IMG/VR virus record: IMGVR_UViG_3300021431_000080
Span: 4,460 to 68,459 of that record
Direction: 5' to 3' (one strand)
Source: a virus
Taxonomy: Duplodnaviria; Heunggongvirae; Uroviricota; Caudoviricetes
Length of the DNA stretch: 64,000 bases
Both the position numbers and the translations under genes were made by a program. Of the stretch, positions 63,179 through 64,000 are shown in pieces; position 1 is the first letter of the stretch, and each line of letters begins with the position of its first letter. A model generated the notes under the pieces. That model was not told the DNA's origin. It made no database searches and worked only from the letters and a program-made list of their open reading frames with translations.

Positions 63179-64000
63179 ATGTCAAAGAACCAAGATTTAT
63201 TTTCAAACCTGCTTACTGGTTTCCTTTCACCTGATTTCCTGATGAAGTTCTTGGATGCCTTCAAATCCGAAAATGTTTCTGTGAAAAGTGACGGCGACTC
63301 GGTTGTTGTGAATGTGAACACAGATGTTGATGATGAAGACTACGACAATTTTGTCAAGTACCTTCTGAGTGTTGTTTCTGCACACGAAGTCTCACATGAC
63401 TACACAATGAAACTCACCATCGGTAAGAGAGCTACCGACGTGTACAAATATAACCACGAAAGCGGTGAGTTTGAATTCGTGGGGAACGAGACTAAGGAGA
63501 AAGAGCAGAAATCAGAGAAAGATCTTCCTGCAAAGAAGGAGAACAATAAACCTGTTCCTGCAGGTGTGAAGTGCGAGGTGAAGGAGAAGAATGACGGTAT
63601 AGAGGAGATGCCGTTCGCACAATGGTTGAAAAGCAACGTGCAGACCGACATTGACAACGGATTGTACGAATTCGACTCGGATGAGCTGTTCAATGTCGAC
63701 GAGGCAATCAACAACCTGATTGCAATCTACGATACCGAGTCATACGAAATAATGACAAATGAAAAGAACGAGCTGATTGGAATCAGGGTTCCGATTACAG
63801 CATTATGTGACATCATTGAGCCGTGCGGCACAACGATCGACATTGTTCTCGAAAAGGAGGGTGGCAATATTGCTGAGTTTGTGAACAGATGTATCTTCGA
63901 GCTCGGATTCTCGAACGTCATCCCTGAGACTATTGAGGGTGATGAGAATGTAACCAGCACTGAACCTGTTGAAAAATACAAGGACATATTCTTCAAACTG
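63179..64000 (+). CDS. Hypothetical acidic protein (runs off window end)
   Basis: Not in the track; ATG at 63179, open for 274 codons to the edge (MSKNQDLFSNLLTGFLSPDFLMKFLDAF...). Confidence 0.75.
   Translation, partial: MSKNQDLFSNLLTGFLSPDFLMKFLDAFKSENVSVKSDGDSVVVNVNTDVDDEDYDNFVKYLLSVVSAHEVSHDYTMKLTIGKRATDVYKYNHESGEFEFVGNETKEKEQKSEKDLPAKKENNKPVPAGVKCEVKEKNDGIEEMPFAQWLKSNVQTDIDNGLYEFDSDELFNVDEAINNLIAIYDTESYEIMTNEKNELIGIRVPITALCDIIEPCGTTIDIVLEKEGGNIAEFVNRCIFELGFSNVIPETIEGDENVTSTEPVEKYKDIFFKL

Noticed and set aside
1-64000. Genome-wide TAG-to-Gln recoding (code 15)
   Set aside because: Genes up to 1839 aa are uninterrupted in code 11 and coding density is already near complete, so there is no sign of internal TAG codons.
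1-64000. tRNA, rRNA, CRISPR arrays or large ncRNA
   Set aside because: Intergenic gaps are short (about 140 nt at most) and are explained by promoters and terminators; no cloverleaf or regularly spaced repeats seen by eye.

Overview
This window is part of a large T4-like (myovirus-type) jumbo phage genome. It is densely coding in the standard genetic code, with 64 complete CDS plus one truncated CDS at each edge. Minus-strand blocks encode virion proteins: neck, baseplate and large tail or baseplate proteins. Plus-strand blocks encode UvsW/UvsX/UvsY-like recombination proteins, portal, terminase, primase, clamp loader, 5'-3' exonuclease, NAD-dependent ligase, a DinG-like helicase, a sigma70/ECF-like sigma factor, ClpX, GMP reductase, guanylate kinase, NUDIX, HD and metallophosphoesterases. 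Six perfect TATCTTTGCA (-7 TAnnTTTG) promoters point to a Bacteroidota host. An IS607-family element (tnpA plus catalytically intact tnpB) appears to interrupt a zinc-ribbon gene. The most notable unexplained signals are: (1) a shared ~25-aa N-terminal 'KYG' leader on three otherwise unrelated, late-promoter-linked proteins, a candidate capsid-targeting signal; (2) a three-tier promoter code, including a phage-specific AAATC(G/A)-N17-TATAAT class with invariant spacing; (3) strong DSS tripeptide enrichment in virion proteins next to two phage glycosyltransferases; (4) a nested ORF pair with a slippery site and a TAG/GTGA arrangement. No tRNA, rRNA or CRISPR array was seen. All product calls come from motif recognition by eye, not database searches.
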